NCBI GenBank assembly: GCA_951406725.2
Contig: OX597816.1
Span: forward strand, 2,976,001 to 3,040,000
Direction: 5' to 3'
Source of the DNA: Octopus vulgaris
Lineage: Eukaryota
Length of the DNA stretch: 64,000 nt
Shown here: one piece after another, positions 38,501 to 52,600 of the stretch
How positions within the stretch are numbered: the stretch's first letter is position 1
How the letters are laid out: every line of letters starts with the position of its first letter
The notes under the pieces: model-generated
What the model saw: the letters and a program-made list of their open reading frames with translations, nothing else
Told to the model about the DNA's origin: nothing
Databases searched by the model: none
Translations under genes and position numbers: made by a program

Positions 38501-41500
38501 CTTTTGTTATTACTGGAGCGCCCCCTATTCAGTCCAAAGGGATCTTAGTCTTGCAGAGGCTGCATGGCCTTGGCAACTTCACTAGTGCTGGTACCATGCA
38601 AGAAGAAAGTACCCAATCTGTGCTATAAAACGGTTGGCATTAGAGAGGGCATCGAGCTATAGGGACCATAGCAAAGCAGATATTGAAGCAAGATGCAGTC
38701 TTTGGCCTCATCAGGGCCTGTCATCCCATCCAACCTGTGCCAGCATGGAACAAAGAAGACATAAAATGATGATGGCACTTACACTTAGTTTCGAACGATA
38801 CACTCAAACAAGATACAGAGGTATCCCTGTAAAATTGACTGGGATTTATTTGACCAACCGCAGGGCATTAGGAAGGGCATCCAGCTGTAGAAACTCTCCC
38901 AGATCAAGATTGGAGCCTGGTGCAGCCATCTGGTTCGCCAGCCCTCAGTCAAATCGTCCAACCCATGCTAGCATGGAAAGCAGACGTTAAACGATGATGA
39001 TGATGATGAGATCAATGGTAACGGTAGCTAAAGCAGGATTTTCGCTCAGGATGTAGAAGAATGAGTCTAATTACCCTCCTTTAGTATATTGCTGCTTCCA
39101 CCACTCTGCTATCCTCCTCCTCCTACTACTACTAATGGTTACAAATTATGGGGCAAGGTCAGGAATTTTAGAGAGAGAGGGGGGGTTTAGCTAATTGCAT
39201 TGGCCCCAGTGTTTGCGTAAGTACCTATTTATATTGACCCTAAAAGTATGAAATTACAAACCTGCCAAAGCTGGAGAAATTCTTGTCCTATAGCACCACC
39301 AACCATATCTTTGATCAGATTCATGGCAGTCTGCAAAGAGAAAAACATAAATGAAAGACAAAAGATACCGATACTGAGAATAATTTCAAATTGAGATTAA
39401 CAGATTAAAAAGATAATCCAAATGACTTTCTATCACATGGGTTTCAAATTCTGGCACAAGGCCAGCAATTTCACAGGATGGGTTAAGTTTACATCAGCCT
39501 CAGTGTACAACTGGTACTTAGCTTTTCATCTGTTTGGGATCATTAAAATAGGTCGACCTCATTGGAATTTGAATTCAGAATGTAAAGACGGATGAAAGGC
39601 TGCTTAGAATTTTGCCAGCTCATCACCATAGCAACCACAACAACAATGCATTCTAACAAAGGGGATACATTTTAGGGGAGCAGCATTGCTGAGTATACCA
39701 ATTCCGGCACTTAACTAAGCATTTTACAGTTCTATATTTCAAAGAAGAGGAATTATGTACATTATATTTGTCCTCATCTTGTTTTGGCTGATATACCCTC
39801 CAGCCTTCATCGGGTGTCTTGGGGAAGTTTCGAACTTGGCTTCTCATTCCTAAGGTACTTTCCAATGTTGTTATTATAAAATGAGTACACAGCTGTAGTG
39901 AAGGCACATGGCTCAGTGGTTAGAGTGTCGAGCTTACGATCGTGAGGTTGTGAGTTTGAATCCTGGACCAGGCTGCATGTTGTGTTCTTAAGCAAGACAC
40001 TCTATTTCACGTTGCTCCAGTTCACTCAGCTGTAGAAATGAGTTTCGACATCACAGGTGCCAAGCTTAATCGGCCCCTTTGCCTTGGATAACACTGGTGG
40101 TGTGGAGAGGGGAGGCCGGTATGCATTTGTAATTTCATACTTGCCTTTCATACTTTTAGGGCATAGTGGTTAAGAGCGCAGGCTACTAACACCAAGATTC
40201 CGAGTTTGATTCCAGGCAGTGACCTGAATAATAATAATATCTAAAAATACCTTAGGGATAAGAAGCCAGGTTCAAAATTTCCCCAAGACACCTGATGAAG
40301 GCTGGGGGTGGGAATATATCAGCCGAAACGTTGTGATAACAACAAACAAGATGAGGACAAATATCTGTCAAATGTAAATAAGCATTTTATTAGACACATA
40401 AGGATGAAAGGACTTTATGTAGAAACATAACGGGTGTTACTAAGTACTGCAAATTATTTTGCACAATGTTTTAACTCTACAACCCATTTCTCTGTATATT
40501 CTACAACTATAACAAGGCATGGCTGTGTGGTAACATTCCGGCTTCAGTCTCACGATATGGCACCTTGGGTTAGTATCTCCTAAGGTCTTGGTTGGCCCTG
40601 GGCCAACCAATGCCTAGTGAGTGGATTTGGTAGATGGAAACTGAAAGAAGCCTGTTGTATACATATGTATGTGTGTGTCTGTTTTTGTGTATATGTTTCC
40701 CACCCCTGCTCAATGACCAGCACTGGTTTGCTTATGTACCTGTGACTTAACGGCTCAGCAAGAGAGACTGATAGAATAAGTACCAACCTTAAAAATAAAA
40801 AATAATTCCAGAAGATTGATTTGTTTGGCTAAAGCAGTTTAAGGCGATGCCCCAGCATGGCCACAGTCAAATACATAAAAGATAGACGAAAAAGCAGAAA
40901 GTGAAAGCACCTACTTCTTCTCGACGCCGTTTCTCTGGTTTGCTGACATTGTCTGAGGGAGCAAGATCTCCGACAATGCTCTCTGCTAAGTCATGGACCA
41001 GGGACAGTTTAATACATCTGGAAACAAACAAACAAACAACAATGACAAAAGGCAGAAAAATTAATTAAAACAACAAAGTGATTATTAATGGGTAGTTGTT
41101 ATTGTTTAGTCTCAGATCAGCCCTGATTGAGTGAATCTATGATCAAAGGCTTTCCAGCTCTGACCATTCCATCTAACCAGGACTAAGGGTTCGAACTACC
41201 TCTTCCAATTTTATTGACTTTTCCTACACAGATGTAGTTTTTTTTTTCACACTAATTACAGAAATCACAATTTTTTGAGAAATAATTAGCACCTGTGCCA
41301 GTGGCATGTATAAAAAGATTCGAGTGAGGTCATTGCCAGTACCGCCTGACTGGCCCCCGTGCTGGTGGCACGTAAAAAGCACCCACTACACTCGCAGAGT
41401 GGTTGGTGTTAGGAAGGGCATCCAGCTGTAGAAACTCTGCCAGATCAAGATTGGGGCCTGGTGCAGCCATCTGGTTCGCCAGTCCTCAGTCAAAATCGTC

Positions 41501-44500
41501 CAACCCATGCCAGCATGGAAAGCGGACGTTAAAGGATGAACAGAAATTTCTTCCAATTTTACCCAGATTTATGGATCTTTGACAGACTAGGTGTAGCTGT
41601 ATGGCTCCCAACCATGTGGTCTTGGGTTCAGTCCCACTGCATGGCACCTTAGGCAAGTATCTTCTATTGTGGCCCTGGTTCAACAGAAGCCTTGAAAGTG
41701 GATTTGCAAGACAGACATGAGAGGAAACCTGTTGTGTGTGTGTATGTATACATATATTTATAAATTTATATATATATATGTGTATATGATTGTGCAATCT
41801 TGCCTTGACATCATGTGATGGCTGTAAACGAGCATGAACCATTGAACCATGTAGAGCTAAGACAAACGGGATAAGAGATTCAACAAAAGAGTGCTGTGCA
41901 GCAGAAGTGGTATTCTACCACATAAACTTAAAAGGATGCTGTTGGGTAGCGGAATTATTCTATCATGTCGAAATATTTAAAAAGACTCCACTGAGCAGCA
42001 GAACTATCCTAACATGTAGCACAGAGAAATAAAGACATCAAAACTTAAATCTAAATCTACATCTCTCTGGAGCCTAGCTTTGCTTTTAAAGGTGGTGCTC
42101 CAGCATGGCCACAGTCAAATGACTGAAAAAAGTAAAAGAGTAAAGAGTATAACAGTAAGAAGAAACTACAATACACAATACTTCTCAAACCCTTTTGGTA
42201 TCATATTTCTGTTGAAATACACGAAATTCATTACATTTAATTAATTTTCATCATTAAGTGGGTTCTTTGGTAGTTAAAATCATAGAACTGATAACTGGAG
42301 TCTGGGCAGTTTCTGGCTGCTGGCCAACTCCTGTCAAACTGTCCAACCCATGCCAGCATGGGAAATGGATGTTAAACAATGAGGATTATGATAAACCGGG
42401 GCAGTGTTGGGTGTCATCATCATCATCATTTAACGTCCGTTCTCCATGCTAGCATGGGTTGGACGGTTCGACCGGGGATCTGGGAAGCCAGAAGGCTGCA
42501 CCAGGCTCCAGTCTGATCTGGCAGTGTTTCTACAGCTGGATGCCCTTCCTAACGCCAACCACTCCGTGAGTGTAGTGGGTGCTTTTTACGTGCCACATGC
42601 ACAGGTGCCAGACGAGGCTGGCAACGGGTGTGTTGTTATCAAAAGAGTTAATTAGATTTGATCCCTTGCTTTGTTTTACATTAGATTCATACAGATGAAG
42701 AGGGGGGAAAACCTTTTCCTAAATCCCTGCAATACTCAAAACTAAACTTTAACTGGATTCAAATGTTCCTTCCCTCGTTTAAATTGTACATTGAATTATT
42801 ACTTCTACTCCAGAAGAAAATCAAGAATAGCAAAAATTAATTATTTACAAGCAGCACAAGGGAAATTACATGATACAAAAAATATTAAAGCCCCAGGCCC
42901 ATCACAAATCATAGCAGAGATGCTTAAAATATCTGGTGTGCCAGCTACAGTCTAGTCACCTGTATAGTCAATCAGGTGATACACGAAGGAGTCATACCCA
43001 ATGACTGGTGTAGCAGCACCATGATCAACTGCTACAAAGGTAAAGGTGACACTTTAGATACAAATAATTACAGAGGTATCAGAGTTGTTGGATCAGGTAA
43101 TGAAAGTCATGGAAAAGGTCATAGCTCAACTAATTAGGGAGAGAGTCAGTTTAGATGAGATGTAGTTTGGGTTTGTGCCAGGGAAAAGCACCACTGATGC
43201 TATATTTCTGGTAAGACAGCTGTAGGAGAAATTCCTAGCCAAAGATAAACCTTTGTACCTGGCTTTCGTTGACATGGAGAAAACCTTTGAAAGGGTCCCC
43301 CGATCCCTTATCTGGTGGTCATTGAGGAAACTAGGGATAGATGAATGGTAAGTGAGAGCTGCGTGAGCCATGTACAGGGATGCTGTCAGTAAGGTGAGAG
43401 TTGGCAATGAGTACAGTGAAGAATTCCAGGTAGAGGTTGGGGTCCACCAAGGTTCAGTCCTCCGCCTCCTCCTATTTATCATAGTCTTACAGACAATAAC
43501 AGGATTTCAAGACAGGATGCCCCTGGGAGCTTCTCTACACTGATGACCTTGCTCTAATAGTTGAGTCACTATCAGAACTAGGGGAGAAGTTTCAGGTGTG
43601 GCTGCAAGGTCTAGAATCGAAGGGCCTTAGAGTCAATAGAGCAAAAACCAAAGCCTTAAGTAGGAAGGCAGATAAACCACAAATCATTTCAGGTAGATGG
43701 CCCTGCTCAATCTGTAGAAAAGGCGTAGGTAGAAACTCCATAAGATGTACCCGGTGTAAGTTATGGACACATAAAAGGTGCAGCAATATCAAAGGAAGGC
43801 TAACTGGGAAGATAGTTTTTGTGGGTGCTAGATGCTCAGGGGCAATAAACACAAAATGTGCAGAAAACAGCTTCCGTCACATTCCAGTGGGAAAAACTAC
43901 AAGTAGTTGATAGCTTCCATTACCTAGGTGACCAAGTCAGTAGCAGGGGTGGATGCTCAGAGTTTAGATGCAAGAACAACCCTAACCTCTGCTGGTGACA
44001 AAGGGCCTCTTGCTCAGAGTAAAAGGTAGACTGTATGATGCATGTGTGCAAACAGCCATGCTACATGGCAGTGAAACATGGGCCATGACTGCTGAGGATA
44101 TGTGTAAGCTTGCAAGGAATGAAGCCTGTATGCTCCGATGGATGTGTAATGTCAGTGTGCATACACAACAGAGTCTAAGTGCCTTAAGAGAAAAACTGGA
44201 CATAAGAAGCATCAGATGTGGTGTGCAAGAGAGACGACTGCACAGGTATGGTCATGTGTTGCGTATGGATGAGGACAACTGTGTCAAAAAGTGTCACAAC
44301 CCAGCAGTAGAGGGAACCTGTGGAAGAGGTAGACCCAGGAAGACCTGGGATGAGGTAGTGAAGCATGACCTTCAAAGGTTGGGCCTCACCAAGGTGATGA
44401 CAAGTGACTGAGACCTTTGGAGATATGCTGTGCTTGAGAAGACCCAGCAATCCAAGTGAGACCATAACCGTGGCCTATGCCAGTGCAGCATAACCAGCCT

Positions 44501-46634
44501 ATTTAAGAGTACCCTTCAATCATTGGGCAATAAACTGCACTTGCGAAGACCTGTTGAGGCAAGTGAAATCAAAATCGCTGACGTGGCCGATGACAGTACT
44601 GTTCGATTGGCACCCATGCTGGTGGCATGTAAAAAGCACCCACTACATTTTTGGAGTAGTTGGTATTAGGAAGGGCATCAAGCCGTAGAACCTGTCAAAT
44701 CAGACTGGAGCCTGGTGCAGCCTTCTGGAAATCGCGATACACAGATATTGTTTTGAGCTGAGTTGGGGTGCTAGATTCCCTTGTTCGAAAATATAAGGAC
44801 ACAGATCGTGTCGTATAGCCAGCTGGAGATGAGGCGTCCTGGAGCTAAATTACAGCAATATTCATCCTAAACAAGGACAGCCATGTTATGTTGGCGATTA
44901 AGCTTTACCCCAATTTACAGAATACTTTGGTTTGATCACCGGTTTCATCTCTGTCATTCAGTCCTATTCTTGGATGTGTACATAATCCCAGACTGCATTG
45001 GAACTAGTTACCTTTATTTCGAAAGGAAGAGTAACAAAACGTTCCTATCCACTATATGTCACCATTATTCAGTCTAGTACTATGAACATAGACACTTGAT
45101 GATGATCTTTGGTGAACCCAATCAAAACATAATGCAATGTAAATATTACAAAATGTTTGATCCTTAGAGATGTCAACAGTCACCCCCACCTTCCATAAGT
45201 ATACTTGTACATCCTCAACCAAGCTAAGATACATCACAAAGACTGGCTTTAACCCCAACAAAACTAGTAACTTTCAATGAAGTACTGACCCCATATCAGG
45301 GAGCAATGCTGCTGCTGCACATAGACCTCTTAAGACTTCATAACAAAAGCCAAAAGCCAGCCAACAGATTGGCATCAAGTTGCTCACTAGAACATTTCAA
45401 CCATCTGGTTCACAACTGCACTGTCTTCTCTCTTTGACCGTTTCTTGGAGCTGGTATTCTGGTACCTATTTCTTTACTACCCACAAGGGGCTAGACAAAT
45501 GGATTAAGTTGATTACATCGACTCCAATGCGTAACTGGTCCTTAATTTATCGACCCTAATTGGATGAAAGGCAAAGTCGACCTCAGTGGAATTTGAACTC
45601 AGAACGTAACGGCAGATGAAATACGGTTACGCATTTTGCCTGGCGTGCTAACGTTTCTGTTAGCTTGCTGCTGGGTATTCTGGTACCACCATCACTCTGA
45701 AACTCCAAATTCCTAGTCTCCTGGAACTCCCTGCCTGTGCATGTTATTCTTTAGCTGTCCCAGAAGAACATTATCTGTGTTAATCTCAATGGTTCAGACT
45801 ACCTGTGAAGGCCTTACACATCGTCTCTTCCTCTAGATCAAACCATTTAAAATGTAGAAATTTTATTTACAACTCTCAGATATTTGGCCATTTCATCTAT
45901 CAGAAATTCCATAAAGTTGGCAAATGTCACAAAAGAGATTTGTGTGTGTGTAATAGAAAAAAAGGTAATGTCTCTTTACCTTACTGCCCAAGTTATTTAC
46001 CTTTCTCTGTCAAGACCAAGTGAAGGATCAGCCAAAAATGCCAACACAGCCATCCGATACATATGATCAGAAACACTTTCAGGGTCACTGACATTTTTTC
46101 GAATCCATCCTGTTCTCCTTATACGCTAGGAATTGTGAAAAAAAAGAGAGAAAAAAAAAATAATGCATTTACACACTTGTAAAGACATAAAAAATGTATG
46201 TACAGACTCATAAAAACATATATAAAATGTGCATATATTCCTCCCTGTGCCTGTCAAATCTTATGTTCCTGCTGTAAGGCATTACTTCCACACACGCCAG
46301 CTTAATTTGATTCGTCCTTAGTCGAAAGACACCTGTTGTTAATGTCCTGTTATTTGAATTTGTGTACTATTTCTCCCTTGTTTTTGTATACATTTGCTGC
46401 TTTCTTCCAAGGAATCTAGCGCTCTTAGCTTAGTTTTTTGTTGGGGCTGGCCAGATTGGAGCAATCTCGAGTAAAACCAGCCGAAATTGCAAAGATAATC
46501 TGGAACTCGACTGAGGAAAGAAAACTCCAAATGACCCGTCCTTGTTTTCTTTGTATCGTCTATCTGGATATTTTGTTGTGCCTTTCTTGTATCTTCTAAC
46601 TGTCTGGATGTTTTGCGTTCTTGTCCCATCTTTG

Positions 46635-46698
<64 letters not shown>

Positions 46699-49600
46699 TA
46701 GCTCTCTCCCCTCCTGCCCCGACTAGCTCCTGTGCCACGTAAAAAGCACCATCCAAATGTGGCTGATGTCAGTGCTGCCTGACTGGCTCCCATGCCGGTG
46801 GCATGTAAAAAGCACCCACTACACTCTCAGAGTGGTTAGTGTTAGGAAGGGCATCCAGCTGTAGAAACATTACCAAATCAGATTGGAGCCTGGCATGACT
46901 GCCTGGCTTGCCAGTCCCCAGTTAAAACCGTCCAACCAATGCCAGCATGGAAAACGAATATTAAATGATGATAAAGATTATCTTAAGCAAACTGATATCA
47001 AATTTCCATTTTAAAGTTATCACCATCATCATTTAACATCATTTAAAAAGGCAGAGAGCTGGCAGAAACGTTAGCACACCGGGCCAAATACTTAGCCGTA
47101 TTTCGTCTGTCGTTACGTTCTGAGTTCAAATTCCGCCGAGGTCGACTTTGCCTTTCATCCTTTCGGGGTTGATAAATAAAGTACCAGTTTCCCACTGGTG
47201 TCGATGTAATTGACTTAATCCCTTTGTCTGTCCTTGTTTGTCCCCTCTATGTTTAGCCCCTTGTGGGCAGTAAAGAAATACATTTAACATCTGCTTTCCA
47301 TGCTGGCATGGGTTGGATGGTTTGACATGGAGCTGTCCAGACTCCCATTGTTTGTTGTGGCATGGTTTCTATGGCTGGATGCCCTTTCTAATGTCAGCCA
47401 CTTAACAGAGTGTGCTGGGTGCCCTTTACATGCCACTGGCACGGGTGCATTTTATGTGGCACAGACACCTGAAAGGACAAGCTGTTATGAGTGGAAGAGA
47501 GCGATTTCACTTAGCTTGACGTGTCTCAGCAAGTTGTCACATCCCAGTCCCTTGTCATTTCCTCAGTGAGGCCCAGCATCCAAAAATCCTTTCCCACTGC
47601 TTTGTCCCATGTCTTTCTGGGTTTACCCCTTCCACAATAAAAGCTTGATACTTCTTTATGCATAAAATCTTCCATCAAAATTCCATATTTATTTATATTC
47701 TCTTAGGGTGCTCACACTCTGTCAAGTATGAAGACTGACATTACACATCCATCGGATCATACTGGTTTCATTCCTTGCAAACTTACACATGTCCTCAGCA
47801 GTCATGGCCCATGTTTCACTGCCATGTAGCATGGCTGTTTGCACACATGCATCATACAGTCTACCTTTTACTCTGAGCAAGAGGCCCTTTGTCACCAGCA
47901 GAGGTTAGGGTGGTTCTTGCATCTAAGCTCTGAGCATCCACCCCTGCTACTGACTTGGTCACCTAGGTAATGGAAGCTATCAACTACTTGTAGTTTTTCC
48001 CACTGGAATGTGACGGAAGCTGTTTTCTGCACATTTTGTGTTTATTGCCCCTGAGCATCTGGCACACACAAAAACTATCTTCCCAGTTAGCCTTTCTTTG
48101 ATATTGCTGCACCATTTATGTGTCCATAACTTACACCGGGTACATCTTATGGAGTTTCTACCTACGCCTTTTCTACAGATTGAGCAGGGCCATCTACCTG
48201 AAATGATTTGTGGTTTGTCTGCCTTCCTACTTAAGGCTTTGGTTTTTGCTCTATTGACTCTAAGGCTCTTTGATTCTAGACCTTGCAGCCACACCTGAAA
48301 CTTCTCTAGTTCTGATAGTGACACAACTATTAGAACAAGGTCATAAGCATAGAGGAGCTCCACAGGGCATCTTGTCTTGAATTCCTCTGTTTTTGCCTGG
48401 AGGACTATGATGAATAAGAGAAGGCTGAGGACTGATCCTTGGGAGACCCCTACCCTGCTCGGAATTCTTCACTGTACTCATTGCCAACCTTACTGACAGC
48501 ATCCCTGTACACGGCTTGTACAGCTCTCAATAACCATTCAACTATCCCTAGTTTCCGCATTGACCACCAGATAAGGGATTGGGGGACCCTGTCAAAGGCT
48601 TTCCCCATGTCAACGAAAGCCAGGTACAGAGGTTTATCTTTGGCTAGGTATTTCTCCTGCAGCTGTCTTAGCAGAAATATAGCATCAGCAGTGCTTTTCC
48701 CTGCACAGACCCAAACTGCATCTCATCTAAACTGACTCTCTCCCTAATTAGCTGGGCTATGACCTTTTCCATGACTTTCATCACCTGATCCAACAACTTG
48801 ATACCTCTGTAATTATTTGTATATAAAGTGTCACCTTTACTGTTGTAGCAGTTGACTATTATGCTGCTACACCAGTCACTGGGTATGACTCCTTTGTGTA
48901 TCACCTTGTTAACTATATGGGTGACTAGGCTATAGCTGACACTGCCAGATAGTTTGAGCATTTCTGCTATGATTCGTGATGGGTCGGGGACTTTCTCTGT
49001 CTTCAAACCCTTAATTGCTTTATCTACCAAGGTACTGTCAATTCGGATAGCTGGTCCCCCCCTGTTGGGTTGCCATTCGGCAGACTCTCTTTCTCCCATT
49101 CATTCTCTTTATTTAGCAACCTTTCAGTGGCATCTCAAAACCTCTCTCTTTGCAGCCTCATTTAGTGCAAGAGAACCATCATCCATGCGAACACATTTCT
49201 CTCCTACAACATCACGATTCTCTCTCACACACTGTCTTGCAACACGAAACACCTCAAGTCTTTGGTCCTCACAACACAGAACATTGGCAAATTTTTTCTT
49301 ATCTGCTTCCCCTCTGGTTAAATAAACCTGTCTCCTAGCTTCCCTTCTGGCAATCTGATACAGTTCCCTGCTACCACCGTTCTTCCAGTCCTTCCATGCC
49401 TGTTTCTTTTCCCTAAAGGCCCTGTCAACTACATTGTTCCACCACCATGTTACCTTGGGTTGAGAGGGGATTTTGTACCATCCACAGATCTGGTCAGTAG
49501 CCCTGAACAGGTTGTCCTGTAGAAACCTACAGTTGTCTTCCACATCATGTGATGCTATATCCCCTTCTATTTCGTCAAAAGCTTCTAGTAATACGTCTCT

Positions 49601-52600
49601 AAATATCTAGCTATTTGCAGGATCCTTAAGCTTCCAGACCTTTCTTGTTCATGCTGGCCGTCTTCTGGGCATCCATTTAGCCCTGATCCTGAGGTCGTTA
49701 ACTACTAATCTATGTTGTGGGGTGCATTCTTCATTTGGAAAGGTTTTGGCATTTATAAGTAGCCATCTTTCCCGTTTACCGGCGAGGATGTAATCAATTT
49801 GACTAATGTGACCACCAGATCAGTAAGTGAATAGGTGTCCGTCATGTTTCCTGAAGTTAGTATTACAAACCATAAGATCATATGCATCGCAGAACTCAAG
49901 CAGCCTGGTTTCCTCCTCATTGTGGGAACCTAAACCATAGCCTCCATGTACACCATGGAAGCCCCCTGCATGTAGTCCAACATGCCCACTGAAGTCACCA
50001 GCCGCAAAGAGAAGGTCCTTGTCATTCGTCGGTGAGATAGTCTGCAAGAGGGTGTCATAAAATCGGTCTTTCTGTTCATCAGGTAGCTCCGGCTGAGGGG
50101 CATAGGCCGAGATAATGGTTGCTAAACCATGTTGCAGCTATAATCTAATTTTAAGTATTCTATCACAGATTCTGACTACCTCGGTTACCTTAACACATTT
50201 CTCTGCAAGAAGTATACCCACACCCCCGCCCCCGTCAGTGTTCCCTGCCCAGAAAATCTTATACCTATGTTCTTTGTTTGTGAGGAACCTAGTAGAACTT
50301 CCTCTCCACCTTACTTCTTGGATGCAGCACAAATCTACACATCTTCATTCAAGCATCTCAACAATCTCACCAAACCTACCTTTCAGTGTACCAACCCTGA
50401 GGGTGTGGGCCTGTGAGACCCTGGGATGGAGGACTGCAGCGTCATGTACCTGAAAAGAAAGCTCACGTTTGGAAAACTCATAAACATACAATAGCCTTCG
50501 TCCTGCATACACTACACCATTTTTTATGCGCTACATAATCACTACATTGCATAGAAGATAATCCCTAAGTGGGATGGGGGAACATTAAGCCTTTGGAGGT
50601 GTCCATGGGAGAGACGTCCGATAGACGTCAGAGGATACAGACTTTCGGTACTATTTTTGTTTTCTTAAGCCTTGTTTTTCCCATACTAGTATGAGTTAAA
50701 TGAATATATTTAGAGGTTTCACAGCTGGATACCCTTCCAGTCACTGACCCTTACCTGCTAGACAGCTTCATACATCTCCCTAAAATCAAATACCATATGC
50801 CCATCCTGTGTAGGTACATCATATTTTTGTCATCTAGGCCCAATGGATCTCCTTCATTCTGTCTCAGAGCACACATTTTAGCTCTGACTAAGGATTCTTT
50901 GGGCAAGGCAAGAAAACCTGGGATAGGAACAGAGACAAACTGATGCCAAATATAGGAGGGCACAAGCTATTTACATTATCAACTCTGGCCAAAGTTGATC
51001 TTGGTGGAATCTGAAGTTAGAACATTTGAGGAGAAACATAAAAGGAGTAAATATCTTCAGCCCTCACTTAGTAATCCATCCAGTGCCTTTTTTTTAAAGG
51101 GCTATGTAGGAGCGGGCCGAGATCCCCAGCATTGAAGCCACGCTACTGAAATACCACCTCCGATGGGCAGGGCATGTCTCCAGAATGGAGAACCATCGCC
51201 TTCCTAAGATTGCCCTGTTTGGCGAACTCTCCACCGGTCACCGAGTGAGAGGAGCTCCGTGGAAGCGCTACAAAGACTGCCTCAAGAAGTCTCTAACAGC
51301 ATGTCATATTGACCACCAATGCTGGTCAGACCTGGCTGCGGACCATGATGTCTGGCACCACACGATCTTTAATGCAGTCAGCAAGTTTGAGGAACAAAGA
51401 AGAGACACAGGAGGAAGGTGTGAGCCGCCGCTGACACCACACCGGATGTTACCTTTGTCTGTGGACACACTGCTCACAGACCTGCCTTTCCCATATCGGA
51501 CTTGTCAGTCATGAGCGTGCATGCACGCGACGTGGACAGCCTTCCTGATCTTCGTTCGTGAAGCCGAGCCATGATGAGGACTACATTCTAGCATGTTCTT
51601 TCAATAGCTTTCTGCCTCCTGGCCCCTGTGATACCCAGCATATTGTCAACTCTGCAGAGGGGGACTGGCCTGCAAATACCCTCCATCCCACACCAATGGG
51701 ATTATTACACCTTGCTTGCCACTAAGTGATTTGGTGTAGCTCCACCGGTTCATCATATTTCCTTATCTTATTTCTCATTTGTCTCCTCAATGTGACCCTC
51801 CCTGGGAAAAGTTCTAACGGAGCCATCTAAATGGACGCTTCCGAAATCATCACCATGACTGACCTTAGTGATGTCGAGGCAACAGTTTGTGGAGGCTTCA
51901 GCTCTTAGTCCCTTGATGCAGCAAGTAGGCCCGTGGTAGAGTGCAATGGGGCTGAACCAGAGACCACATAGTTGGGACACAGGCTTGGGTACTACTTGAG
52001 AACAGTGGTCCCGGTGCACGCACTCGCGCTAGCTAGTCTTGACTAGTCGATCTTTTATTTTTGTATTTTATTTACTTTAACAAAAATCATTTACTTTGTG
52101 TAGAAAAATTATTTATTTTGTGTTTTATTTACTTTGCTAGGTAGTCGTTGTAGGATCGACTAGTCACGACTAGCTGGCGCGGATGCGCGCACCGGGACCA
52201 CTGTTCTCATGTAGTACCCAAGCTTGTTAACCACATAGCTATGGAACATTAAATACTGATATATGCCTGTCGCTCATCGACTTTAATTCTTTATATGGTG
52301 TGGAAGATTGTGATTATGTCGCAATGTGATGGTGAGGAGAAAAAAAAACGGAGGGGGGGGTATTTCACACACATCCAAACGTGCGAGGAACGAAGTGGAG
52401 ATGTATGAATCATCCGACCCCCCCCCCTCCATCAAATTCCGACATAATTGCAATCCACATCATCTCAAAGGTATCTGTGGAAAATTCCATTATTTTTTTT
52501 AAAAATGAAGATACGAAGAAACAAATTTGGATGGAGTGGTTCACGCCTGTAATTATGTCGCACACAAAACATTTATTCAAAATTAATATTGACAGAGACA

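Larger units (their letters stand above)
39727..40378. mobile_element. Composite insertion: inverted hammerhead-bearing tail plus tRNA-head/hammerhead element, with 11-bp TSD
   Basis: TAAGCATTTTA at 39716-39726 and 40379-40389. 39765-39877 is the reverse complement of 40230-40365. tRNA-like head at 40159-40215. Confidence 0.75.

Noticed and set aside
39903-39975. Possible tRNA genes (also 40159-40225 and other heads)
   Set aside because: No complete cloverleaf or acceptor stem; they run on into SINE bodies.
40907-40914. Alternative donor GTAG|GTGC after HDDC2 exon 3
   Set aside because: A 4-nt shift would break the frame; the first GT gives the expected protein.
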